Assembly: GCA_032128115.1 (NCBI GenBank)
Contig: JAQBHB010000017.1
Location: forward strand, 1 to 41,516
Direction: 5' to 3'
From: Deltaproteobacteria bacterium
GTDB taxonomy: Bacteria > Myxococcota_A > UBA9160 > SMWR01
Length of the DNA: 41,516 nt
A program made the position numbers and the translations under genes. The notes beneath the pieces are model-generated. The model made no database searches and was not told where the DNA came from. It saw only the letters and a program-made list of their open reading frames with translations. This document shows, one piece after another, positions 1-8,124 of the stretch (within the stretch, counting starts at the first letter, position 1; the number at the start of each line of letters is the position of its first letter).

Positions 1-43
1 TGGAACGCGCTGTGGCCCGGTCAGCTGCAGCGGCTTGTTAGGC
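1..43 (-). repeat. attC site (partial, truncated by window edge; family A)
   Basis: Matches 343-385; GTTAGGC at 37-43 (+). Confidence 0.9.
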
Positions 44-252
44 GGCTGCACGAGTGGAACACGCCCTGGCCCGAGTCGTGGGGCGCTGGGCCAAACACCG
101 ACCCAGGACAAAAAGCCCTGCTCTGCCCGGGGAGGCCCAAGCCGTGAACACGAGAGGCCCGCGCCCTGGAACGAGAGTGGCCCGCGAAAGTCTCGGAGAG
201 GACTGCACAGAAGACGGTCACTTCGAGTCCCACGAAGCGATGAGCCGCAGCC

Positions 253-385
253 GTCTAACGGAAATGGCGCTCAGCTGCCGGGCCCGCCACCGAGCCCGCT
301 CGAAGCGCCGAGGTTCAAAGCCAAACACTACCAAAGGTCGATTGGAACGCGCTGTGGCCCGGTCAGCTGCAGCGGCTTGTTAGGC
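253..385 (-). repeat. attC site (family A)
   Basis: GTCTAAC...GTTAGGC ends, CAGCTG-containing inverted arms, near-identical to 833-966. Confidence 0.92.
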
Positions 386-453
386 GGCAGCCGCGATGAG
401 AGAGGCGCCGAGTTTTTCAATTCAAATCTGCAACTAGTCGGCGTACAGGGTTC

Positions 454-804
454 CTAGATAGATGCGGACAGAAGTAGGCCTGTGAGAGCAATCCCAGAGA
501 ACAGCAGGATCTCTTTCTGGCTGAGCCGTTCGAGCATGAGAGCAGCAATGCCACCGCCGAAGAGAATGACCGGAAAGATCAGAAGCCACAGCGCCTGCAT
601 TACGGCGGCGATGACGGCCATAACTAGCGAGAAGAGGACCCAGACGAATACGACCAACCGGAGCAGGTCGGATTTCGCTTGCTCTTCGATCAGGAGAAGT
701 GCGAGGCCAAGTGCGATCTGCACGAATGCGATACCGCCGTCGAGCACGAGCGTTAGCACTGCCGAGAGCAGGTAAATCGCCCCTGCCGCGCGGTGGCCGG
801 TCAT
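454..804 (-). CDS. Cassette-encoded multi-pass membrane protein, unknown function
   Basis: 116-aa hydrophobic ORF filling the space between two attC sites. Confidence 0.8.
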   Translation of the reverse strand: MTGHRAAGAIYLLSAVLTLVLDGGIAFVQIALGLALLLIEEQAKSDLLRLVVFVWVLFSLVMAVIAAVMQALWLLIFPVILFGGGIAALMLERLSQKEILLFSGIALTGLLLSASI

Positions 805-832
805 GCGAATCTGACTCGATATAGTCGACGCC

Positions 833-966
833 GCCTAACGGATATGGCGCTCAGCTGCCGGGCCCGCCGCCATGGTGGCCCGAAGCGCCCAAGTTTCGAT
901 GCCAAACACTACCAAAGGTCGATTGGAACGCGCTGTGGCCCGGTCAGCTGCAGTGCCTTGTTAGGC
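833..966 (-). repeat. attC site (family A)
   Basis: GCCTAAC 833-839 ... GTTAGGC 960-966 with inverted arms. Confidence 0.92.
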
Positions 967-1368
967 GGCGGGCCCAGCAGTCGAGTAGACGCGGTATGCC
1001 CCCACTGCTGCACCGAGGGGGAGGGCTAGCGATGAGATCCCAACTGCCAACTCGAATGGCTGTACCTCACGGAACGCTGCGAGGAAGCTCGGAATGAAGA
1101 GATAGAGCGGAAGACTGGCGACGAAGACCAGTGCAGTGAGGCCGAAGAAGTAGAACGCGAAGACTGCCAAGAACCGCAGGCCTGCGGTCGAGCAGAGAGG
1201 GTTCACCACTTGGGCCTGGAGTACGAGCCAGGTGAGAGCGAAGCCAGCGAGGAAGCTCCCAGCAGCGAGCAGAGGTGCCAGGAGCCGCTGGCCGAGGGTG
1301 ATGCCGGGGAGTGCTAGCGGAACGACGACCGCGACAGAGACGACTAGGAACCCGCAGTACTTCCGCAC
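961..1368 (-). CDS. Cassette-encoded membrane protein (start uncertain: GTG 1368 or 1398)
   Basis: Hydrophobic ORF whose TAA stop lies in the attC R'' box. Confidence 0.75.
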   Translation of the reverse strand: MRKYCGFLVVSVAVVVPLALPGITLGQRLLAPLLAAGSFLAGFALTWLVLQAQVVNPLCSTAGLRFLAVFAFYFFGLTALVFVASLPLYLFIPSFLAAFREVQPFELAVGISSLALPLGAAVGAYRVYSTAGPAA

Positions 1369-1415
1369 GGGTGACGCTCGATGATGTGCTGCTCGCACGT
1401 GAAGCCGATCCCGCC

Positions 1416-1539
1416 GCCTAACGACTTGCCCTTCAGCGGCCTGGGCACCGCACCCTGACCGGCTCGGGCGACTACCCAAGCATGCCAGAAACCGATTGGC
1501 GCGTCCTACTCCCCGGCCCGCTGCAAGGGCTTGTTAGGC
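1416..1539 (-). repeat. attC site
   Basis: GCCTAAC 1416-1422 ... GTTAGGC 1533-1539, GCCCTT-CAGCGG / CCGCTG-C-AAGGGC arms. Confidence 0.9.
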
Positions 1540-1980
1540 AGCACCGCCCTGCTGTTGGAGCGACGCCCAGTGCCTGCGCCACAAGCCCCAGACAGCGAGA
1601 ACGGAGAAAAGGAGTACGAGTGTGGCCGCGACGCGAAGGTAGAGGGCGCTACTCAGGAATGACCAGCCGAGCGACGTGCCTAGTGCCGGCAGTAGCAGAA
1701 GTGGAAGTGCCCCGAGAGCGGCCGCAATCAGGAGAGTGAAGAGCAGCGAGCGGCTCCAGAAGGTGACGACAGCCTGCTCGAGTTCGGAAAGGCGGCTAGT
1801 GAGAGCACCGCGCGCGAGGCCGCAGAGAAGCCAACCCCCAGCGAAGGCAAGGAAGAGCTCGACGGACGGCTCCGATCCCTCCGGGCCAAGGCGGGACGCG
1901 AGGGCCAGAGCTGCGATGCCGAGCGGGAAGAAGGCGGACAGGAGCGAGAGCGAGAATGCTGTCGTTCCGACTCGATGCAT
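1534..1980 (-). CDS. Cassette-encoded membrane protein
   Basis: ATG just after core site, about 4 hydrophobic segments, stop in attC R''. Confidence 0.75.
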   Translation of the reverse strand: MHRVGTTAFSLSLLSAFFPLGIAALALASRLGPEGSEPSVELFLAFAGGWLLCGLARGALTSRLSELEQAVVTFWSRSLLFTLLIAAALGALPLLLLPALGTSLGWSFLSSALYLRVAATLVLLFSVLAVWGLWRRHWASLQQQGGAA

Positions 1981-1989
1981 CGCTGTGCT

Positions 1990-2124
1990 GCCTAACGGAT
2001 CGGGCTTCAGCTGCAACAGGCAGCGCTGACCGTCAACGCCATGCCACAGAAGTCCCGACGCCAGAATGCTACCGAATTCAGGAACGCCCAGCTGTCTGTT
2101 GTCAGCTGCAAGCCCTTGTTAGGC
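1990..2124 (-). repeat. attC site (family B)
   Basis: GCCTAAC...GTTAGGC; GGGCTT-CAGCTG / CAGCTG-C-AAGCCC arms; similar to 2630-2764 and 4752-4885. Confidence 0.92.
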
Positions 2125-2589
2125 AGCCGCCCTCGGAGGTAGTGAGAGAAAGGCGCCAGGCCGGAGGGGGCGAATTGCCAGACGAGGAATGAGCAATGCG
2201 CCCCAAGGAACCAGAAGCGCTATTGGAAAGATGCGAGCCGCCTCGCTCCAACTGAGAGTGCCCGCGGACGAGGCGGCCCCGATGGACGCAATGATTGCTG
2301 TGGGAAGAGCCAGAAGAGCGGTACAGAGAAGCACGTGAATCCGGTTCTTCTCAAGAACGGCTGTGTGGCGCGACAGCTGCGACCATGCAAAGAGCGCGAC
2401 CGCGTAGGGAAGTGCGCCGAGCAGGGCAAAGAAGGCGCCGAAGATGCCGAGGTAAATGCCACCAGCCCAAAGAACGGCGACACGCTCGTCTAGTGGATCG
2501 CTTCCGAGCAGAAGGTTGAAGACGCCTGGGAGCAGACCGTAGAGGACGGGCACCAAGACGAGCGCTGTGCCGAGCCACAGCATCACCAA
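2119..2589 (-). CDS. Cassette-encoded membrane protein
   Basis: 156-aa hydrophobic ORF, stop in attC R''. Confidence 0.78.
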   Translation of the reverse strand: MVMLWLGTALVLVPVLYGLLPGVFNLLLGSDPLDERVAVLWAGGIYLGIFGAFFALLGALPYAVALFAWSQLSRHTAVLEKNRIHVLLCTALLALPTAIIASIGAASSAGTLSWSEAARIFPIALLVPWGALLIPRLAIRPLRPGAFLSLPPRAAA

Positions 2590-2629
2590 TTTGATCTGGC
2601 GCGTGATGCGTATCCCCCTTCGCGCGGCT

Positions 2630-2764
2630 GTCTAACGGATCGGGCTTCAGCTGCACCAGCCAGCGCTGACCGGCCTCGCCGAAGCCACAAGAGTTGAATG
2701 CCGGAAGGCTACCAGACCCAGAAACGCCCAGCTGGCTGGTGTCAGCTGCAAGCCCTTGTTGGGC
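2630..2764 (-). repeat. attC site (family B)
   Basis: GTCTAAC 2630-2636 ... GTTGGGC 2758-2764. Confidence 0.92.
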
Positions 2765-2784
2765 GGCGAGCGCGCGCCAAGGGC

Positions 2785-3387
2785 TCAGTGCGTGTGCTCT
2801 TCCGATACAGCCTTGGCATAGACGTCCTTCGACAGCTTGCAGCTCCGTGCACTGGCTTTGCACACTCGGGCTTGCACGTCGGGAGAGAGTGGTTCGTTGC
2901 TCGGGTGGGGCGCCCCAAAGAGAAACGCCCACACGCTGCGCTCCGAGGCCGCGTTGAGCTTTGCGAGAAGCTCGACGAAGAACTCTGCATCGGAATCAAG
3001 GACGGAACGCGCGGCGTCCTGGAGAGCACCCGTCTGATCGGCTTCCCATCTCGCGTTGACCGAGAGCGCGACCAGCTTTTGGGCGTAGTCCTTTTTCGGC
3101 ACGACGGACGCCGTCTTCGGAAAGAGGAAGTAGAGCTGTGGTTCCGAGTAGAGAGGCGCCGGACCGTCGCCATACCCGAAAAGTCGGTTGAAGCACGCAA
3201 AATCGGGTGGCAGTGCTTGAAAGAAGTCGGCGAGCGCGGCCTTGGATGGCTGGTCGACGACGACGGCTGGAACCAGTCCGCGGAGTGCCTTGAGGTGCGT
3301 CTCGTACTCCGCGTCAGGGCAAGCAGCCGCAGCTGGCAATGCTGCCCAGAGGAACAAGCTGCACGCGACTACGATTGCGCCTCTCAC
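2785..3387 (-). CDS. Cassette-encoded secreted protein, unknown function
   Basis: GTG start after core site; signal-peptide-like N-terminus MRGAIVVACSLFLWAALPAAAA; several Cys. Confidence 0.78.
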   Translation of the reverse strand: MRGAIVVACSLFLWAALPAAAACPDAEYETHLKALRGLVPAVVVDQPSKAALADFFQALPPDFACFNRLFGYGDGPAPLYSEPQLYFLFPKTASVVPKKDYAQKLVALSVNARWEADQTGALQDAARSVLDSDAEFFVELLAKLNAASERSVWAFLFGAPHPSNEPLSPDVQARVCKASARSCKLSKDVYAKAVSEEHTH

Positions 3388-3394
3388 TCTCGCC

Positions 3395-3519
3395 GCCCAA
3401 CGGATCGGCGATAAGCTGCCGGCCGCTGACCGGTAGCGACCAGGCAACCAACACCGCCGCCAGAATGCTACCAGAGTTGCCCGAAGCTACGGCCGGTCAG
3501 CTTCATTGCCTTGTTGGAC
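3395..3519 (-). repeat. attC site
   Basis: GCCCAAC 3395-3401 ... GTTGGAC 3513-3519; AAGCTG-CCGGCCG / CGGCCGG-T-CAGCTT arms. Confidence 0.88.
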
Positions 3520-3533
3520 CGCAACCCACACGC

Positions 3534-3563
3534 TGGCGAAGTATGTACGAATGTGCATATACT
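3534..3563 (+). promoter_or_regulatory. Putative sigma70 promoter with overlapping operator for the TA cassette
   Basis: TGGCGA-N18-TATACT, 5 nt before the toxin GTG; imperfect palindrome TATGTAC-GAAT-GTGCATA in the spacer. Confidence 0.6.
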
Positions 3564-3568
3564 AGACC

Positions 3569-3835
3569 GTGGTCGAATGGGACCCCGACAAGGCTGCGGA
3601 TAACCTCGAGAAGCATGGCATCGACTTCGCCGATGCGACGACGGTGCTCAGCGATGAGATGGCGCTTACGATCCGCGATGCGCACCGAAGTGAGGAACGG
3701 CAGGTGACGCTCGGGATGGATTCCGTGGGACGGATTGTCGTGGTGGCTTACACCTGGCGAGGGGACACCGTGCGGATCATTTCTGCGAGGAAGGCGAACC
3801 GCTCCGAGCGGCGCCAATACGAAGGTAAACGATGA
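3569..3835 (+). CDS. brnT: BrnT-family toxin (DUF497)
   Basis: EWDPDKAADNLEKHGIDFADA...EER...RIISARKA signature. Confidence 0.92.
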   Translation: MVEWDPDKAADNLEKHGIDFADATTVLSDEMALTIRDAHRSEERQVTLGMDSVGRIVVVAYTWRGDTVRIISARKANRSERRQYEGKR

Positions 3836-4146
3836 AGAAGAGTTACGACTTCAGCAAGGCGAAGCGCGGGGCAGTACTGCCGACACCCCCCGGAAAAACG
3901 CGCATTACAATCCGGATCGACGACGATGTGTTGGAGTGGTTCCGGAAGCGTGCACACGAGGCAGGCGGCGGAAACTACCAGACGATGCTCAACCAGGCGC
4001 TGCGGGAGTATGTGGAGACGCAGCGCGAGCCGCTCGCGGAAACGCTGCGCCGCGTGCTACTTGAGGTCTTGCCGGAAACGCGCGCCCGGAAGCGCCCTGT
4101 GCGAAGGAAGAAGGCTGCCCGCAGAAAGACCACGAAGAAGGCTTGA
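3832..4146 (+). CDS. brnA: BrnA-family antitoxin (DUF4415)
   Basis: YDFSKAKRG...KTRITIRIDDDVLEWFR...YQTMLNQALR; ATGA overlap with toxin. Confidence 0.92.
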   Translation: MKKSYDFSKAKRGAVLPTPPGKTRITIRIDDDVLEWFRKRAHEAGGGNYQTMLNQALREYVETQREPLAETLRRVLLEVLPETRARKRPVRRKKAARRKTTKKA

Positions 4147-4159
4147 CCCCCGCGTTGCG

Positions 4160-4274
4160 GCCCAACGGATGGCCGCTAAGCTGCGGCCGCGCGTGATCCT
4201 ACCATGACTCGACTGGGCGTAGGCCGACCGCATAGCTGAAGCCCGCGGCCGACAGCTTCAGCGGCTTGTTGGGC
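4160..4274 (-). repeat. attC site
   Basis: GCCCAAC 4160-4166 ... GTTGGGC 4268-4274; GCCGCT-AAGCTG-CGGCCGCG arms. Confidence 0.9.
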
Positions 4275-4300
4275 GGCGACCCCCTCGTAGGAGGCTCGTG

Positions 4301-4711
4301 TTACTTCGCAGGCTCGTGAGCCGGCTCGTTGAGTTCGCCGGCGCTCGCGCGAAGGTCCTCAAGCACCTCCTCGTAGCTGCGCGGGGGAGAATCGGGCGCG
4401 GGGCGGGCATGCGCGGACTCAGGCTTGGCCGCCACGGGTGGAGGCGCGGCTACAGGCCGTGGATCGCTGCGATGGGTAGCGATGGACAGCAGCCAAAAGA
4501 CCAAGCCGATAACCAGGAGTACCGGTGCCACGTAGCGAAGGAAGAAGTACCCGGCGGCGCCAAGAGCGACTGCCCCAGTCGCGGCGGCAGCGACTACGAA
4601 CGAGACGAGCATGGCGACGAGCCAGACGATGACGCCGATCGCGGCGAACACCAGGACGATGCCGATAACAGCGACGATTGCGACGATGAACCAGACGATC
4701 AGCTCGCCCAT
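4301..4711 (-). CDS. Cassette-encoded membrane protein with Pro/Ala-rich C-terminal tail
   Basis: 136-aa ORF, long hydrophobic N-terminus. Confidence 0.75.
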   Translation of the reverse strand: MGELIVWFIVAIVAVIGIVLVFAAIGVIVWLVAMLVSFVVAAAATGAVALGAAGYFFLRYVAPVLLVIGLVFWLLSIATHRSDPRPVAAPPPVAAKPESAHARPAPDSPPRSYEEVLEDLRASAGELNEPAHEPAK

Positions 4712-4751
4712 GGTGCCGCCCTCGAGGGTGCGTCGCGGCGAAGGTTCGGCC

Positions 4752-4885
4752 GCCCAACGGATCGGGCTTCAGCTGCAACAGACAGCGCCGACCGTCAACG
4801 CCATGCCACAGAGTCCCGGCGCCAGAATGGTACAGAAGTCGGGAACGCCCAGCTGTCTGTTGTCAGCTGCAAGCCCTTGTTGGGC
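4752..4885 (-). repeat. attC site (family B)
   Basis: GCCCAAC 4752-4758 ... GTTGGGC 4879-4885; near-identical to 1990-2124. Confidence 0.92.
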
Positions 4886-4935
4886 GGCGGCCCGGAAGAT
4901 TCGACGCGGCCGCTCGGGTCTTCTCTCCCAGACGC

Positions 4936-5946
4936 CTAGTCCTGGTGGGTGCGGGAGTCAGCAGCCACCCGCGCATAGGCCGCCCCCAGAGCGGTGAGCT
5001 CACCGGCGCGTGTAAAGAGCGCCGTCTGCGACAGGTTGACGAAGAAGGCCCCGAGGCCGAGCAACGAGAGCTTCTCGAAGGTTCCTACTGAGTCGGCGTT
5101 GAACCAGGCAAAACGCTGCACGAGAAGCTCCCCGTCAGCGGGACAACCGATCGTGGAGTCCCGTGCGGTTGAGAGCAAGTGGGTTGCATCGACCAAGAAG
5201 GACTCACGCGCTTCGGAATCCGAGTCACCGATCGCTACGCCGTACTCCGTGATGATCACCCCTCGATCTGACAGACCACGGTCGTAGAGGAAGCGGCGGA
5301 ATCGTACTATCTGCCGACCGAGGACTTCGACGCTGGTGCCATCACCTTCCAGGACATGAGAAGTTGCGGCGAAGAAGTCCGCCGGGAGGAGATCTCCGTA
5401 GTCGCGCTGCCAGGCTCCGAGCACGCGGTTCAGGTAGTCATAACCGTCCGTGGCACCAACGTAGTCCGTTCCAGGTGGCGCATCCGACAGGATCAGTGCG
5501 CCGACGGAAAACCGGAAGGTGCGGTTCACTGCGCTCAGTGCGTCGCGACACGCTGCGAAGTCACGGGCGTACTGCTCCGGTGTGCGCCGGTCATTCTGCG
5601 GCGGGTGCCCAATCTCGTTTCCGATGACGAAGAGCGTGTCGTCGGGATATCGCTCAGCTCGTGTGCTCAGCTCAGCCAGCGCCGCGGGTTTCATCGTGTG
5701 AGCACCCGTGAACGCACAAACCATCGGAACGAATTCTAGAGAAACGCCGGGTGAAGGTTCAGGAGTCCAGTTCAAGTACCAGGAAGCGCCCGTGCGTGTC
5801 AGATCAACATGCTCAGAGTGAAGTACGGTCGTACCGAATCGCGGCGTCGGGTCAGAGGCGGATGGTTGGCTAGCGGCCGGGGGAGGCTCCAGCTCGACGA
5901 GACTGCAGCCCAAGAGGATCAGAAGCACCATGGCGCTTCCACGCAT
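4936..5946 (-). CDS. First cassette: putative lipoprotein with clan GH-A-like glycoside hydrolase domain
   Basis: LLGC lipobox-like; FVIGNE, IITEYG and VQRFAWF motifs resemble GH-A/Glyco_hydro_cc proteins; GGAG RBS. Confidence 0.65.
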   Translation of the reverse strand: MRGSAMVLLILLGCSLVELEPPPAASQPSASDPTPRFGTTVLHSEHVDLTRTGASWYLNWTPEPSPGVSLEFVPMVCAFTGAHTMKPAALAELSTRAERYPDDTLFVIGNEIGHPPQNDRRTPEQYARDFAACRDALSAVNRTFRFSVGALILSDAPPGTDYVGATDGYDYLNRVLGAWQRDYGDLLPADFFAATSHVLEGDGTSVEVLGRQIVRFRRFLYDRGLSDRGVIITEYGVAIGDSDSEARESFLVDATHLLSTARDSTIGCPADGELLVQRFAWFNADSVGTFEKLSLLGLGAFFVNLSQTALFTRAGELTALGAAYARVAADSRTHQD

Positions 5947-5974
5947 CAACGTCGCGCACTCCAAGCGTCCCGCT

Positions 5975-5992
5975 GCCCAACTAATTATTGGA
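5975..5992 (-). other. attI recombination site (core G/TTGGGC)
   Basis: CCAATAATTAGTTGGGC on - strand, no partner R'' arm, between first cassette and intI. Confidence 0.75.
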
Positions 5993-6022
5993 CCCGCACC
6001 GTTGCGGTCCGGGATTTTCGGA

Positions 6023-6052
6023 AGCATACCGCGGTGTTGCGTATGCGCTCAA
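6023..6052 (-). promoter_or_regulatory. Candidate Pc cassette promoter
   Basis: TTGAGC-N18-TATGCT on - strand about 40 bp upstream of attI. Confidence 0.5.
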
Positions 6053-6197
6053 TGCGAGCGGGGCAAGGTGCCGATTTCTCGGGGGATTCTTCCGCGTATG
6101 CTCGATTGATCGAATTCGTCGGGCGAGGGTGCTTTGCGGGTTGGATGCGTGAAGCGTAGGGTCTCGGGTGCCCTGGATCGGTCCCGAGGGGGTCGCC

Positions 6198-7202
6198 ATG
6201 GTGCGACGGGAACCTCGATTGCTGGATCGTGTGCGGGCGGAGATTCGGCTTCGCCATTACTCGGTTCGTACCGGGCAGGCATACGTCGAGTGGATTCGGC
6301 GCTTCATTCTCTTTTATGACAAGCGGCATCCTCGCGAGATGGGGGGCGAGGAGGTGTCGGCCTTCCTGACGCATCTCGCGACGCAGCGGCAGGTCGCGGC
6401 CTCGACGCAGAACCAGGCGCTCGGGGCGCTGGTGTTCCTGTACCGCGCGGTGCTGCGGATGCCGCTTCCCGAGCTCGACGGGGTGGTGCGCGCTCGCAAG
6501 CCACGGAATCTTCCCGTCGTGCTGTCGGAGTCCGAGGTTCAGCGCCTGCTGGCGCAGATGTCCGGCTCGCCCGCCCTCGCGGCTTCGCTGCTCTACGGCT
6601 CGGGCCTGCGGCTGCTCGAGTGCGTTCAGCTTCGGGTCAAGGATCTCGACTTCGAGCGCAACGAGCTGGCGGTCTGGGAGGGCAAGGGGAAGAAGCGTCG
6701 GGTGACGATGCTTCCAACCTCGCTTCGCGGGCCGCTCGAGCGCCAGCTGCGCAGGGTGCGGGGGCTCCACGCGTCGGAGCTGAGGGCGGGGTTCGGCGAG
6801 GCGCCGCTGCCTGGCGCGCTCGCGCGCAAGTATCCCAACGCGCAGAAGGAGTTCGTGTGGCAGTTCCTGTTCCCCTCGGCGCGGCGGGTGGGAGATGCGA
6901 GCACCGGCAGGGCGCTTCGCTGGCACATGTCCGCCTCGACGGTGCAGCGCGCCGTCAAGCAGGCGGTGGTTGCGGCGGGGATCCACAAGCGCGCGAGCTG
7001 TCATTCCCTGCGACACAGCTTCGCGACGCACCTGCTCGAGCGGGGACAGGACATCCGCACGGTGCAGGAGCTGCTGGGCCACAGCAGCGTTGCGACGACG
7101 ATGATCTACACCCACGTACTCAATCGCGGCAGGCTCGGCGTGCGCAGCCCGCTCGATCGGGACCCGGACGGCGGCCCCCTCAGCGAGTCGGTGATCGTTT
7201 AG
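6198..7202 (+). CDS. intI: Integron integrase (tyrosine recombinase)
   Basis: IRLRHYS, YGSGLR, HSLRHSFATHLL, QELLGH, TTMIYTHV and IntI-specific insert ALARKYPNA..WQFLFPS; GAGGGG RBS. Confidence 0.97.
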   Translation: MVRREPRLLDRVRAEIRLRHYSVRTGQAYVEWIRRFILFYDKRHPREMGGEEVSAFLTHLATQRQVAASTQNQALGALVFLYRAVLRMPLPELDGVVRARKPRNLPVVLSESEVQRLLAQMSGSPALAASLLYGSGLRLLECVQLRVKDLDFERNELAVWEGKGKKRRVTMLPTSLRGPLERQLRRVRGLHASELRAGFGEAPLPGALARKYPNAQKEFVWQFLFPSARRVGDASTGRALRWHMSASTVQRAVKQAVVAAGIHKRASCHSLRHSFATHLLERGQDIRTVQELLGHSSVATTMIYTHVLNRGRLGVRSPLDRDPDGGPLSESVIV

Positions 7203-7836
7203 TGCCCGTGGTTCTGCGGTGTCTACGGTGTGCTGCGTATCCGCCGAGCGCGATCAGACCGAGTCCTGCGAGAGGCGCGCTGCCTGGCTCGGGGACGAAC
7301 GTACGGATCTCATTTCCGAGAGTAAGCGGATAGATGAAGGTGGTAGGACCAAGCAGGCTCGCATGGACAGTCAGGTTCCCGGATCCGACTCCGGAGTTGA
7401 TCGCCAGAAATAGACTCGCGGAAAGATTCGCGAAGCTGATCAGACCCGGCAGGAGGCTGCCCGAGATCGAGCCGGAGACCAGGCCCGCTCCGGTGCCGTT
7501 CAAGGCGTTGGGTGTGACCGCTCCCGTCGAGAGCACCAGACCGCCAGCATTCGTGAAATGGACCATTCCGCCGGGCCCGGTGAGGCTCAAGGCGGTGAGC
7601 TTGAGGACCGGCGTGCCATTGAAGAGCACTGGTGTATGCACGCCGAAGGGGGACGTGCTGGCAAGCGAAACGATTCCTCCCGTGATGGGACCGGATATAC
7701 CCCCCCCGAAGGTCCCGCCTGTGATGTCGTAGCTGATTTTCGATAAGACGACGGCCGTCGCGACGGTGGGGGCGCCGCACAGCGCCACGAGCGTCGTAGC
7801 CAGGAAGAAAGATCGGGCACGACAAGATCGAATCAT
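7180..7836 (-). CDS. PEP-CTERM sorting domain protein (Gly/Ser/Thr-rich)
   Basis: Signal peptide; C-terminal VPEPGS-TM-HRRHRR; GGGAGAGG RBS. Confidence 0.88.
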   Translation of the reverse strand: MIRSCRARSFFLATTLVALCGAPTVATAVVLSKISYDITGGTFGGGISGPITGGIVSLASTSPFGVHTPVLFNGTPVLKLTALSLTGPGGMVHFTNAGGLVLSTGAVTPNALNGTGAGLVSGSISGSLLPGLISFANLSASLFLAINSGVGSGNLTVHASLLGPTTFIYPLTLGNEIRTFVPEPGSAPLAGLGLIALGGYAAHRRHRRTTGTKRSPTR

Positions 7837-7920
7837 CGACCTCTCCCTTGCACGGCTGGATTCGTTCTCAGGGAAAGGGAAAGATCGTTCCGCTTCCCGG
7901 CCAACTCCGATGTTCAGCAC

Positions 7921-7938
7921 ATGCACGTTTCATACCGG
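7921..7938 (-). promoter_or_regulatory. Putative sigma54 (-24/-12) promoter
   Basis: CCGGTATGAAACGTGCAT: GG-N10-GC spacing upstream of PEP-CTERM gene. Confidence 0.5.
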
Positions 7939-8124
7939 CCTGAAACTGCTCGGGAGGGCGCGAGAGGTGGCGATTGCGCCGCCCAGGGAACAGGCTTGCT
8001 GTTTTGAGAGAAATCTTTTCCCGGAAGCGAAAGCGTTCTCCCGGTGGGGAAATGCTGACGACGTCGACTTGATCACAACGGTGTAGGAGCCCTGCGGGGC
8101 CGCGGCGAAGATCTCGAAACGGGC

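Larger units (their letters stand above)
1..7202. mobile_element. Complete integron (intI + attI + cassette array of at least 9 cassettes, continuing beyond the left window edge)
   Basis: Integron integrase on + strand, divergent array of attC-delimited cassettes on - strand, unpaired GTTGGGC core at 5975-5981. Confidence 0.95.

Noticed and set aside
1981..2016. ORF starts inside attC sites (MQLKPDPLG..., also 1479, 3447, 4778)
   Set aside because: Frames are inconsistent between cassettes (in frame at 1534-2016, out of frame at 4419-4778); most likely ORF-caller extensions
1..4885. Regularly spaced repeats as a CRISPR array
   Set aside because: Repeats are 115-135 bp imperfect palindromes separated by gene-sized spacers next to intI, so they are attC sites; no cas genes
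5993..6197. LexA/SOS box upstream of intI
   Set aside because: No CTGT-N8-ACAG or other LexA motif I can recognise
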